NCBI GenBank assembly: GCA_023480735.1
Contig: JAMCXB010000016.1
Location: 576-64,575, forward strand
DNA length: 64,000 nt
DNA from: Bacteroidota bacterium
GTDB taxonomy: Bacteria > Bacteroidota > Ignavibacteria > Kryptoniales > JAKASW01
Reading direction: 5' to 3'
Every line of letters begins with the position of its first letter. The first letter of the stretch is position 1. The notes under the pieces are model-generated. The model ran no database searches, was not told the DNA's origin, and saw nothing but the letters and a program-made list of their open reading frames with translations. A program made the position numbers and the translations under genes. Positions 41,614 through 50,608 of this stretch are shown here, piece after piece.

Positions 41614-42660
41614 TTACTCGAGCAGGCTCTTTCCGTTATATGTGACCTCTTTCAACTTCGCGATATTCAGCTGTTGAATTTGCTTTGGAAGAGGAGCAAA
41701 GTCCAGGTCGGTCGAATACTTCTGTCCCTCCGTGACTACCCAGCGGATGAAATCTACTACTGACTTGCCCTGGTGGTAATTCGCCTGTTCTCTGTACACA
41801 ATCAACCACGTCGCACTTGAAATCGGGTACGAATCCTTCCCGGGCGCATTCGTGATTGAGAATCTCAAATCCTCCGGGAGAGTCTTAGCTGCATTCGAAA
41901 GCGCCTCGGTAACCCCGGAAATCGAAGGGTGGACAAAGACGCCTGCGGGATTCTTCAAATCTGCAAAGGAGATGTTATTCTGAAGCGCATAAATCAATTC
42001 CACATACCCGATTGCGCCGGGCGTTCTCATGACCTGTCCCGATACTCCCTCGTTTCCCTTTGCCCCTATGCCCGCGGGCCAGTTAAGGCTGGTGGACTTG
42101 CCGACTTTGTCTCCCCATTCGGGGCTCACCTTGGAAAGGTAATCGGCTAATATGTAGGTTGTGCCGCTACCGTCCGCGCGATGAGCGACGATAATTCTTG
42201 TGCTCGGCAGCTTCACCTTCGGATTCAGGTCCTTGATTCTCCGGTCATTCCATGCGGTGATTTTTCCGAGAAAAATATCGGCGATGGTCGGGCCGTCGAA
42301 TCTCAAAGTCTCATTGACGCCCGGGATATTGTACACGACAACCACGGCGCCGAGCGTCTCCGGCAGGTGAATGACATCTCCGTGAGCTTTTTTTGCGTCC
42401 GCGATTTGTTCATCGGTTAGGGGAGCATCGCTTGCCCCGAAGTTGACTGTGCCGGCCAGCAGCTGCCTGATTCCCCCTCCGCTGCCGATTGACTGGTAAT
42501 TGATCTGAACATCCGGCTTCAGCTTATGATACTCGCTCGACCATTTTGAGATCAAGGGAAAAGGGAAGGTGGCCCCCGCTCCGTTGACGATTGTCTGTGC
42601 CTGTGTTCCCGAAGAAAAGGTGAAAAGAAGCGCAAGCGCAGCTGCGAAGTGTTTCAACAT
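41614..42660 (-). CDS. pstS: Phosphate-binding protein PstS (copy 1)
   Basis: GAGATF, YQSIGSGGG, HRADGSGTT, YPISS; signal peptide. Confidence 0.96.
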   Translation of the reverse strand: MLKHFAAALALLFTFSSGTQAQTIVNGAGATFPFPLISKWSSEYHKLKPDVQINYQSIGSGGGIRQLLAGTVNFGASDAPLTDEQIADAKKAHGDVIHLPETLGAVVVVYNIPGVNETLRFDGPTIADIFLGKITAWNDRRIKDLNPKVKLPSTRIIVAHRADGSGTTYILADYLSKVSPEWGDKVGKSTSLNWPAGIGAKGNEGVSGQVMRTPGAIGYVELIYALQNNISFADLKNPAGVFVHPSISGVTEALSNAAKTLPEDLRFSITNAPGKDSYPISSATWLIVYREQANYHQGKSVVDFIRWVVTEGQKYSTDLDFAPLPKQIQQLNIAKLKEVTYNGKSLLE

Positions 42661-42783
42661 ATTGTACCTCCTGACGTTTTGTGTTTATGAGTTATCCTGA
42701 CCTTGCAAACGAGATGTTGCGCACGAATTGCCCTTATGCTCGAATGCAAGTTAACTGGGTATTATGACAAATAAATGATGCCC

Positions 42784-42801
42784 GTGTTAAGGAATTGTGA
42801 A
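42784..42801 (-). promoter_or_regulatory. Putative Pho-box upstream of pstS copy 1
   Basis: TTCACAATTCCTTAACAC on the minus strand, 17/18 identical to 45139-45156. Confidence 0.7.
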
Positions 42802-42865
42802 GTCCTGTCAGGAAAGGGAGGAATTGGCGCGTCCTGCTGCGGAGAGATCCGGCGGGTGGGGAAAC

Positions 42866-42899
42866 AAAAACGGGGCCGCAGCTTTCGCATTGGCCCCGT
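42866..42899 (-). terminator. Intrinsic terminator after pstS copy 2
   Basis: ACGGGGCC..GCGAAAGC..GGCCCCGT followed by a T-tract on the minus strand. Confidence 0.7.
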
Positions 42900-42935
42900 A
42901 TCCTCTTGCCCCGAAAAGCATGAGGCGCTTTTTTC

Positions 42936-43979
42936 TTAGTAGAGACTCTTTCCCTTGTAGCTCACCTTACGGAGAAGATTGAGCTCCATCTTCTGGATTG
43001 GGCCGGGTATCGGAGCGTAATCGAGCTTCGGCTCCATCTTCTGTCCTTCGGTCAGGACCCAGTGCAGGAAGTCCACAACAATCTTGCCGACTTTGTAATT
43101 GTTCTGGTGGGTGTACACGATCAGCCAGGTCGCACTTGATATCGGGTATGAGGTCTTTCCGGGTGCGTTGGTTATCGAGAACCTGAGGTCGGCGGGGACG
43201 ATCTTCGCCGCGTTCGCGGCGGCGGCGCTGACGCTGGAGATGGTCGGATGAATGAATTCACCGGCTGCATTCTCGACGGAGCCAAAAGGCACGTTGTTCT
43301 GAAGTGCGTAGATGAGGGTCACGTACCCAATCGTGTATGGAGTCTGTTCTACCTGTCCGGTGACTCCTTCGTTTCCTTTGGCACCTATGCCGACCGGCCA
43401 ATCGACGCTCGTGCCTCTTCCGACTTTGCTGTTCCACTCGGGTGAGACTTTGCAGAGAAAGTCGACGAAGATGTACGTGTCGCCGCTGCCGTCGGAACGG
43501 TGAACTACAATGATGGGTCTGTTCGGAAGATCAACACCCGGGTTCAACGCCTTGATCGCAGGATCATCCCATTTCTTTATTTTGCCGAGGAAAATGTCGG
43601 CGATGGTCTTGCCCGTGAATTTCAGCGTGGCTTTCACTCCCGGCAGATGATACGTTACGGCCACTGCGCCCATGGCTTCGGGAAGGTGAACCACCGGACC
43701 GTGAGCCTTTTCTGCGGCTGCAATCTGCTCGTCATTCAAGGGTGCGTCGCTTGCGCCGATGTCCACTGTCCCGGCCAGAAGCTGGTTGATTCCGCCGCCG
43801 CTGCCTATCGACTGGTAGTTGATTTCGATGTCCGGGTGCATCTTGTGGTAGGTGTTCGACCATGTTGAAAACATCGGGTAGATGAATGTCGAACCTGCTG
43901 CGTTGATGATCGTCTGCGCCTGAACGAGGGCGGTCGACATAAGTACAGCGATCATGGCTATGAAAACTCTCTTAAGCAT
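42936..43979 (-). CDS. pstS: Phosphate-binding protein PstS (copy 2)
   Basis: AAGSTF, YQSIGSGGG, HRSDGSG. Start ATG 43979 after AGGAG gives a signal peptide MLKRVF..ALVQA. Confidence 0.95.
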   Translation of the reverse strand: MLKRVFIAMIAVLMSTALVQAQTIINAAGSTFIYPMFSTWSNTYHKMHPDIEINYQSIGSGGGINQLLAGTVDIGASDAPLNDEQIAAAEKAHGPVVHLPEAMGAVAVTYHLPGVKATLKFTGKTIADIFLGKIKKWDDPAIKALNPGVDLPNRPIIVVHRSDGSGDTYIFVDFLCKVSPEWNSKVGRGTSVDWPVGIGAKGNEGVTGQVEQTPYTIGYVTLIYALQNNVPFGSVENAAGEFIHPTISSVSAAAANAAKIVPADLRFSITNAPGKTSYPISSATWLIVYTHQNNYKVGKIVVDFLHWVLTEGQKMEPKLDYAPIPGPIQKMELNLLRKVSYKGKSLY

Positions 43980-44031
43980 CCCTGTGCTCCTTTCTTCTTT
44001 TGATGATTGTGTGCACATATTGTACTGGTAA

Positions 44032-45075
44032 TTAGAAACTGAAGTAATACGTGACTCTGTAAAGTACATCCGGCTTGGAATCGGCCACGCCGTAGGACGT
44101 GTATTCCACGTTCGGCATGAAGTGAACGTTGTTTCTGACGGCGAAATCGAGCGCGCCAAGGACGAAGCTCTGTGTACTGAACGGATAGGTGGTGTTCTTC
44201 AAAGCAGCATCCGTCGCGCCGACGTAATAGTCGTATCTGCCGACCAGGTGGATGTCTTTGGCGAGAGCAACCCAGCCGTTGAAGCTGATGCCGTTCCTGC
44301 TGAGCGTCGAGCCGTCCGGCTCGCCGTTCTTGACTGAGTTCACGAATCCCTGCGCGCCGAGGCTGAAATCTTTGTTGGTGTAGTTCACGATGACGTCGCC
44401 GGTCGTGATGTCCTGCTGCTTCGGCGCTCCGGAATATTGGCCGTCCAGAAGTATCGTGAATCCTTTAACCGGCACAAACTGCAGGAAAAGGTAACCGGTC
44501 TTGTACCTGTAAGCAAGATTCACGTTGGTTCCCAGGCCGTTCGCGTTGGAAGGGTAAAGGCCGCCGCTGTTGCCGCTGTTGTTCCCCACGAGAAGCCCTG
44601 CGGAAAACTGATCTGAAAATCTCTCTGTCAGCGAAACGCCGAGGTCTCTCGAAGCGCTGATGCCGTGCAGGTCCTGAATCGTCTTTTCAAGCGGGCGATA
44701 TCCGAAGATTCCCTCCGCCATGTTGATATTCCATGTGCCCTGCAGACCGATCACGAGGTCGCTGTTCCCGAGAGGATTCTTCCAGTCGATGAAAGCATCT
44801 TTAACCCACGTGGAAAGCTTCCCGTTTCCGAGATTCGAGCCCGTAGGATCCGACTCGAGGCGGAATCTTGCCCAGAAGCCGTCGGCAATTGTGTAGTCGG
44901 CAGTCAGGTATATCCTTCTGTAATCTATCGCCTGCATGTCCTTCTGACTCTGATCGTGATTCTGCGCTACGTAGTAGTAGTCACCGAACATCAGACCTGA
45001 GAATTTGGGCAGATTCTGCCCGAACGAGGCCCCCTCAAACAGCAGAAGAGCCGCGAGAACGTAAATGGGTCGCAT
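44032..45075 (-). CDS. Outer-membrane beta-barrel, probable phosphate-selective porin
   Basis: Signal peptide, RRIYLT, alternating beta strands, C-terminal YYFSF; upstream of pstS. Confidence 0.8.
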   Translation of the reverse strand: MRPIYVLAALLLFEGASFGQNLPKFSGLMFGDYYYVAQNHDQSQKDMQAIDYRRIYLTADYTIADGFWARFRLESDPTGSNLGNGKLSTWVKDAFIDWKNPLGNSDLVIGLQGTWNINMAEGIFGYRPLEKTIQDLHGISASRDLGVSLTERFSDQFSAGLLVGNNSGNSGGLYPSNANGLGTNVNLAYRYKTGYLFLQFVPVKGFTILLDGQYSGAPKQQDITTGDVIVNYTNKDFSLGAQGFVNSVKNGEPDGSTLSRNGISFNGWVALAKDIHLVGRYDYYVGATDAALKNTTYPFSTQSFVLGALDFAVRNNVHFMPNVEYTSYGVADSKPDVLYRVTYYFSF

Positions 45076-45117
45076 ATATCCTCTCCACTCCTTTTTGCAT
45101 TAAAAATACTCGTGTGG

Positions 45118-45156
45118 TGTAACCTGACTATTAAAGGAGTGTTAAGGATTTGTGAA
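45118..45156 (-). promoter_or_regulatory. Putative Pho-box array (four hexamers at 11-bp period)
   Basis: On the + strand: TGTAAC 45118, TATTAA 45129, TGTTAA 45140, TGTGAA 45151. Confidence 0.7.
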
Positions 45157-45348
45157 CCGGTTTTGAGGGGACTCGTCTTCGGGAGGGTCGCCGGCGCTCG
45201 GCCCGCTTTCCGGGCCGGAGCAGGAAGGCTGACCACGGATGAAGTCAGCCTCCCGAAAAGGGCAGGAATTGACCGGACGCCTCCAGCCGTGGCGAGTAGG
45301 ATTGCCGAATCGGACTGACTTCTCCTCCGATCCGGAATTTCGTGCCGT

Positions 45349-46710
45349 TTATATCTTGCTTACCGAGTCGAAGAACTTTGAAAAGGTCTTCACGCCGACG
45401 GTAAACTGGCCGAAGTCGAAATTCTCATTCGGCGCGTGGTAGCCGTGTTCCGGGAGGCTGAGTCCGATGAAGACGATCGGCGACTTCAGAATTTGTCTCA
45501 TCGAAAGGACCGCACCTATCGAGCCGCCTTCCCGAATGAACGACGGCTTTCTGCCGAACGCGAACTGAAGCGCGTCGGAGGCAGCGTCCGCAAACCGGCC
45601 TGAAAACTCTCCCAGGAACGGGCCGAGCGAGCTCGCGGGAGCAATCTTCACATCGGGATTCAGCTTCTTCACGTAAGCGACGAGGAGCCTGACGATCTTT
45701 TCGGGCTTCTGATTGGGAACGAGCCTCATGCTGATCTTCGCTTCAGCACGCGGCGGGACGACTGTCTTTACGCCGGGTCCGGTGTATCCTCCCACAATTC
45801 CGTGTACTTCAAGCGTCGGCATCGCCCAGATTCTCTTCACGACCTCCGACAGGTCCTTGGTCCGCATTTTCTTGAGTCCGTGTATCTGCGCGAACTTAGT
45901 CACGCTGAATCCGCTGGACATGAAGTTCTCCAGCTCTTTCTTTGTCAACGGGACGACGTTGTCGTAAAAGCCGGGTATCTTAACCTTCCCGGTTTTCGCG
46001 TCGTAGAGCTGCGAAATCACCTGCGCGAGTTCACCGATCGGATTCCTCGCAGCACCGCCAGTCACTCCGGAATGCGCGTCGTTCGTTCCGGTTTCAAGGT
46101 GGAGTGTGACGCCCTGCAGGCCCCTGAGACCGTAAGTGATGGCCGGTTTCGTCCTGTCGAGCCAGAGTGTGTCTGAAATAACGATGACGTCCGACTTCAG
46201 CTCTTTTTTCTTCTTCTGGATCAGCGTCTCGAAGTGGGGGCTCCCTATCTCTTCTTCGAATTCCCAGATGAAGTTGATATTTACCGGAATATCGTTCTTC
46301 CTCGCGTAGCGGGCGGCGAAAAGCGCAGTCATGGCCGGACCCTTGTCGTCCGTCGTGCCGCGGCCGTAGTATGTATTCTTCTGTGCCTGGAATTTGAATG
46401 GCTCCCTCGTCCATTCCGGTTCGTTTGCGGGTTGGACGTCGAGGTGGTTGTAAATCGATATCGTGGGGCTTGAAGCGGAATGGTGAAACTTCGCGATAAC
46501 GCCGCGGTTGCCGCCGGTTTCCACTATCTCTGCCTTCCCGCCCATCGACTCGACGAGCTGCTTCGCCTTCCTGGCTCCGCGAAGCATGTCGTCCTTGTGG
46601 GACGGATCCATCGAGATAGTCGGAATCTCAACGATTTCTTTCAGGACCTTCTCGAACTCTTTGCGTGAAGACTGGATGTAGCCTTGTAGATTTGACAGTC
46701 CATCGTTCAT
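45349..46710 (-). CDS. M20 family metallopeptidase/dipeptidase
   Basis: YNHLDVQP, GRGTTDDKG, EEEIGS, HAPNE. Confidence 0.93.
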   Translation of the reverse strand: MNDGLSNLQGYIQSSRKEFEKVLKEIVEIPTISMDPSHKDDMLRGARKAKQLVESMGGKAEIVETGGNRGVIAKFHHSASSPTISIYNHLDVQPANEPEWTREPFKFQAQKNTYYGRGTTDDKGPAMTALFAARYARKNDIPVNINFIWEFEEEIGSPHFETLIQKKKKELKSDVIVISDTLWLDRTKPAITYGLRGLQGVTLHLETGTNDAHSGVTGGAARNPIGELAQVISQLYDAKTGKVKIPGFYDNVVPLTKKELENFMSSGFSVTKFAQIHGLKKMRTKDLSEVVKRIWAMPTLEVHGIVGGYTGPGVKTVVPPRAEAKISMRLVPNQKPEKIVRLLVAYVKKLNPDVKIAPASSLGPFLGEFSGRFADAASDALQFAFGRKPSFIREGGSIGAVLSMRQILKSPIVFIGLSLPEHGYHAPNENFDFGQFTVGVKTFSKFFDSVSKI

Positions 46711-46791
46711 CGTGCTTCTCCTCGTTTGGTTCGTGCGTTACTCTTAATTGGAAAATAAGGAGACGGAAAGAATCGATTCTAAATTAATGTT

Positions 46792-46870
46792 GCAGGACGC
46801 GGGGAACATCCGGATAATCTGACGCCCGAGGATCAGAGCGGCGGTTCATCCCCGCCCACAGGGGTTTTCC
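46792..46870 (-). CRISPR. Degenerate type I-E-like unit: repeat, 32-nt spacer, partial repeat
   Basis: Minus strand reads ...GGGCGGGGATGAACCG, a 32-nt spacer (46841-46810), then ATGTTCCCCGCGTCC. This resembles the I-E repeat GTGTTCCCCGC...GCGGGGATGAACCG. No cas genes in the window. Confidence 0.5.
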
Positions 46871-49666
46871 CTAACGGAGCAGTCCGGTGACTATTGCTTC
46901 CACGTCCTTCGGGTGCACAGATACCGCCCACCCCCATCTTCCAAATCCGCCATGTGCATTCACCGCAATCACCCACTCGTTCAGGAACTCTCTTTTCGTT
47001 TTATCCTTCTGGGTGTCCTGACCTTTCGTCTCGAGGACGAGAAAAGAGCCGTCCGCAAGTTTGATAATGAAATCTGGACGGTACTTATGCACTACTCCCT
47101 CGAACACATAGGAAATCTCGAATCCGAGGTGATCATTCTTGACCCAGGCGGCCACGTTTGGGTTGCGATCCAGCTCGAAGGCCTCAGAAGCTTCCCAGCG
47201 GCTATCAAAGACCGTAAAATTGATATGAGATTTCCGCCCTGTTTCATTCGGCTTGCCGGTATACCAAGTCCGCACATCTCCCGTTGATCGGATAGGAAAG
47301 TCCGCATCGAATACAGCCTCAATCGCCTCTGTGTTTTCAAACCTGATTTGTTCCCAGATGTGCTGCACAACCTTCTTCATGTTCAGAGTGAGAACAATTC
47401 TCCTGCGCAGATCATCCTGGTTAAATAGGGGCGGAATAATCTGCACTCTGTCTGATCGTATGAACGATTCAACAATTCTAATAACCTGTCCGAGCAAGTA
47501 TTCCTTCGAACCTTTCCACGTCGGGTTCATTTGGTCGTAGACTTCCGCGGCTGCCTCGAAGATTATCCGTTGAGTCCTGAATTTCCTCCCCAATTCTTCG
47601 AGCGAGATTGTCTCGATCTTTGACACATCCGGCTTTCCCTCAACGATTGGAGCCAGCTCTGCAAGCGTGGTTGTTTGATATGCGTCAATATCCAAAACCG
47701 GAACGTTTGCGATTTCTATTGTCAGGGTCGGGGAATAGATATGATCGATTCTGATGATATTAGGCCAGCTTATTTCAAACTGCTTCTTCTTCGGATCAGG
47801 CTCGATCTGAGTCTTCGGCGACGGCGTCTTCGGAATGAGTTCACCTGTGTCTTCATGCGGCAGGAAAGTGAACGGGACCCCGAAGATATTCACATACTCG
47901 GGTTCGAATAGTCCATCATCCGCGACATCATAGGATGTTCTTCTCAAACCACGTCCGACAACCTGTTCGCACAGCAATTGACTGGTGAACGCCCTGAGAC
48001 CCATTATATGCGTGACCGTCTTGGCATCCCAACCTTCGGAAAGCATCCCCACTGAAATCACACTCTTGACTTGCTCCCCCGGTCTTCCAACCTGACCAAC
48101 GGTATCCACCTTCTGTCTTAGCTGTTCCGCCTGTTCCTTCCTCGAATATTTCTTGACTGGCTCTTCCTCGTTTTCGTCTCCATCGGTCTCTGCTCCAACA
48201 CCCGTGACAGCTTTTTCTTGCGATTCTGCCATATCAAGGACTTTCGAGTCTATGTGCAACGTATGCTCGGGGTCACACAATTCATCTATCCTGATCTTCT
48301 TGTGGTCGAACGCATACTTTACTCTCGCGGCAGTCTCCGTGCGGTTCGCTACCGTTATCATAACCGGCGGGGTTGGCGTTCCTGCTTTATCCCAATCCTC
48401 GGCGGTCTTGAGCCAGTCCTTGCCAAGGAGATAATATCCATTGGTGACAAGGTCGGGTAACGGGTCCTGTTCTTCAGCCTTGCGGTTAATATCTTCCTTC
48501 ACCTCGGAATCGTTGTAGATATGATACAGCCGGGATTTGTAGTCCTTCCCCAGTTTTCCATCATCGCGAACGACGACGCGGGGAGTCTTAACAAGACCGG
48601 ACTCGATGGCATCGTTTAGGCCAAAGTCGCTGACGATCCAATTGAAGAGAGCCTCTTCCGAACTCCGTTTGCCGGATGGCGCGAATGGTGTAGCAGAGAA
48701 ATCGAAGGAATTAAGTATTCCGCGTGCCTTGTTTATCCGATCAAGGCCACCTATCCATTTGGTAGCTTCATCGATGTCTTCCTTCTTCAAGCCTTTGACT
48801 TTTGATTCGGCAGGTACTCTCCATGCATGGTGAGCTTCATCGTTAATGACCACGATATTCTGCGCCGCTGACATCTCACCAAGCACTTCGCGCACGTAGG
48901 CCTCGTCGCTCTTAGCCCCTCTTTTATCAACGGTCTTCTTCTTCGCCAGCCTCTCATCCGTGTCCCAGTTCAAGGCATGCCAGTTGCAAACCAGGATTTT
49001 CCCAAGTCGCATCTTCTCACGCAAGCCTGAAGGAACGAGACCAAACTCATCATAGTAGTTTCCTTCAGCGGTGGGAATCAGCACCTGGAGTCGGCTCTTT
49101 ACAGTGAGCCCGGGGGCGACGACGAATATGTTCTTTGAAAAGCGAGGGTCTTGCGGATAAGTAACCTTGTTGAGTATCTGCCAGGCCGCAAGCATCGCCA
49201 TCACGGTTGTCTTGCCTGAACCGGTCGCCATCTTTGAGCACAGTCGTCTGAAATTGCCGCCGTCAGACGGAATATCGATACCCGTCTTCTCAGAATCGCT
49301 TGCCTCAACCAGCCAGATCAAAGTCTCAATGGCTTCCAGTTGGCAGAAGAACAATCTGTTTGTTCTCTCTTCCCGGTTGTTCCAATGGTCGAGGAGTCTT
49401 CTGGTAATTCCAGTCACGCCAGCATACGGATTAGTCGAGTCCTCACGCCATGTTTTGACCCTTGGACGTATTTTGTTTACAAGAGGGATCTCGACGAATA
49501 CTCCCGGATCATCGAAGGCCCGCGAGCTTTCGGAAGCGATTACATATCCAGCCGGTCTCCGTCCTTCCTTCTTTGCGAAAGTTCGAGTTTTGGAGTCATA
49601 GCTCCAATACTCCTTTGGCTCTTCATAAGGAGAATTGATTATGAGTTTGTCAATTGTATTGGGCAT
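46871..49666 (-). CDS. Type III-like restriction endonuclease/helicase (Res)
   Basis: KMATGSGKT, INDEAHH, SATP, EGWDA, QVVGRGLR, C-terminal PDF...ETKG nuclease motif. Confidence 0.9.
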   Translation of the reverse strand: MPNTIDKLIINSPYEEPKEYWSYDSKTRTFAKKEGRRPAGYVIASESSRAFDDPGVFVEIPLVNKIRPRVKTWREDSTNPYAGVTGITRRLLDHWNNREERTNRLFFCQLEAIETLIWLVEASDSEKTGIDIPSDGGNFRRLCSKMATGSGKTTVMAMLAAWQILNKVTYPQDPRFSKNIFVVAPGLTVKSRLQVLIPTAEGNYYDEFGLVPSGLREKMRLGKILVCNWHALNWDTDERLAKKKTVDKRGAKSDEAYVREVLGEMSAAQNIVVINDEAHHAWRVPAESKVKGLKKEDIDEATKWIGGLDRINKARGILNSFDFSATPFAPSGKRSSEEALFNWIVSDFGLNDAIESGLVKTPRVVVRDDGKLGKDYKSRLYHIYNDSEVKEDINRKAEEQDPLPDLVTNGYYLLGKDWLKTAEDWDKAGTPTPPVMITVANRTETAARVKYAFDHKKIRIDELCDPEHTLHIDSKVLDMAESQEKAVTGVGAETDGDENEEEPVKKYSRKEQAEQLRQKVDTVGQVGRPGEQVKSVISVGMLSEGWDAKTVTHIMGLRAFTSQLLCEQVVGRGLRRTSYDVADDGLFEPEYVNIFGVPFTFLPHEDTGELIPKTPSPKTQIEPDPKKKQFEISWPNIIRIDHIYSPTLTIEIANVPVLDIDAYQTTTLAELAPIVEGKPDVSKIETISLEELGRKFRTQRIIFEAAAEVYDQMNPTWKGSKEYLLGQVIRIVESFIRSDRVQIIPPLFNQDDLRRRIVLTLNMKKVVQHIWEQIRFENTEAIEAVFDADFPIRSTGDVRTWYTGKPNETGRKSHINFTVFDSRWEASEAFELDRNPNVAAWVKNDHLGFEISYVFEGVVHKYRPDFIIKLADGSFLVLETKGQDTQKDKTKREFLNEWVIAVNAHGGFGRWGWAVSVHPKDVEAIVTGLLR

Positions 49667-49725
49667 TTTCTGAATCCACTACCGATCAATCTGCGTTTTT
49701 GAGACATTTTAATGCGATTTCCACC

Positions 49726-49756
49726 TTGACATATACGGAACCGTATATTATATATT
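49726..49756 (+). promoter_or_regulatory. Sigma70 promoter with a perfect palindrome in the spacer
   Basis: TTGACA 49726-31 and an AT-rich -10 (TATATA at 17 bp). ATATACGG-AA-CCGTATAT at 49731-49748. Confidence 0.7.
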
Positions 49757-49760
49757 CATT

Positions 49761-49995
49761 GTTAGTTTAGTTACGCTAACGGAACACTGTACAGTGACAT
49801 TGCTGCAAAAGATTTTGGCAAGTAAATCCCTGTGTGTGGGGCTCCGAGCCGATCATTATCACATCGTGTGATATCGGCTTCCCGAACTTCCTGTTCGGGA
49901 AATGGTTCCTCGTCCAAAGATCCCTTTGGACAAATAGCACACAGGGTTTTGTCATGTTTGGGGAAACAACGGACTTTCTGCATCTGTTGAAGATG
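49761..49995 (+). ncRNA. Putative structured non-coding RNA or leader of the nuclease gene
   Basis: Contiguous hairpins, with a long-range helix 49828-37/49937-46 closing a multibranch domain, directly downstream of the promoter. Not matched to any family I recognise. Confidence 0.6.
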
Positions 49996-50026
49996 ATTGA
50001 CATCAGACTTATTTTCCAACGTGAAC

Positions 50027-50608
50027 ATGGGAGCAAGGTTGCCGAAAAGAAAAGTCACAATTAAGACACTTATCAAATCACATCCTCGCAGAAATTTGCC
50101 GTCACATTTGGCGAACAAAAGGACTGAGACCAACTTCGTGCTTGCCTTTGCTCGATCATTTGTCGAGTTATCACAACATTCCACAATTTTTGCTGCCAGA
50201 GAGTTGCCTCTGCAGGGATATGGGATAGCGGACTTAGTCTGTTTAGTCGAACCAAGAAGAAAGAAAGATGCTCCACTCCCATCATCGGCCAAAAAGACAT
50301 CGGTATCTTTCCTTGCCTTTGAGATGAAGATGAAGGATTGGCGTGGTGCTTTGGCACAAGCCATCCGATACAGATATTTCGCTAACGCCTCAATTGTGGT
50401 TTTGCCATCCAGCGAAGCGGATATAGCCAAAGCTTATCTCCAGACCTTTAAAATGTTACACATTGGCCTTTGGACTTTCGACAAAAGAGAAAAGACCATA
50501 TCTGAAATATACACTCCTCCCCGTCGTAGACCGATCAGCATAGCAGCGAACAGAAAAGCGTTGAGCGTCCTGTCCCGCCATGGGATCAGATCTCCGCAAC
50601 TTTTCTGA
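50027..50608 (+). CDS. PD-(D/E)xK nuclease-like protein (sce7726/MmcB-like)
   Basis: RELPLQGYGIADLV...LAFEMKMKDWRGALAQAIRYRYFA, an E..D..ExK..Q..Y pattern. Start uncertain (TTG 49997 or ATG 50027). Confidence 0.7.
   Translation: MGARLPKRKVTIKTLIKSHPRRNLPSHLANKRTETNFVLAFARSFVELSQHSTIFAARELPLQGYGIADLVCLVEPRRKKDAPLPSSAKKTSVSFLAFEMKMKDWRGALAQAIRYRYFANASIVVLPSSEADIAKAYLQTFKMLHIGLWTFDKREKTISEIYTPPRRRPISIAANRKALSVLSRHGIRSPQLF

Noticed and set aside
43980-44159. N-terminal extension of pstS copy 2
   Set aside because: It overlaps the porin gene; the RBS and signal peptide support ATG 43979.
49771-50430. 219-aa and 86-aa minus-strand ORFs over the putative RNA and nuclease
   Set aside because: They show no recognisable motifs and are antisense to the motif-bearing nuclease. 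RNA structure explains the region better, but a small ORF cannot be fully excluded.
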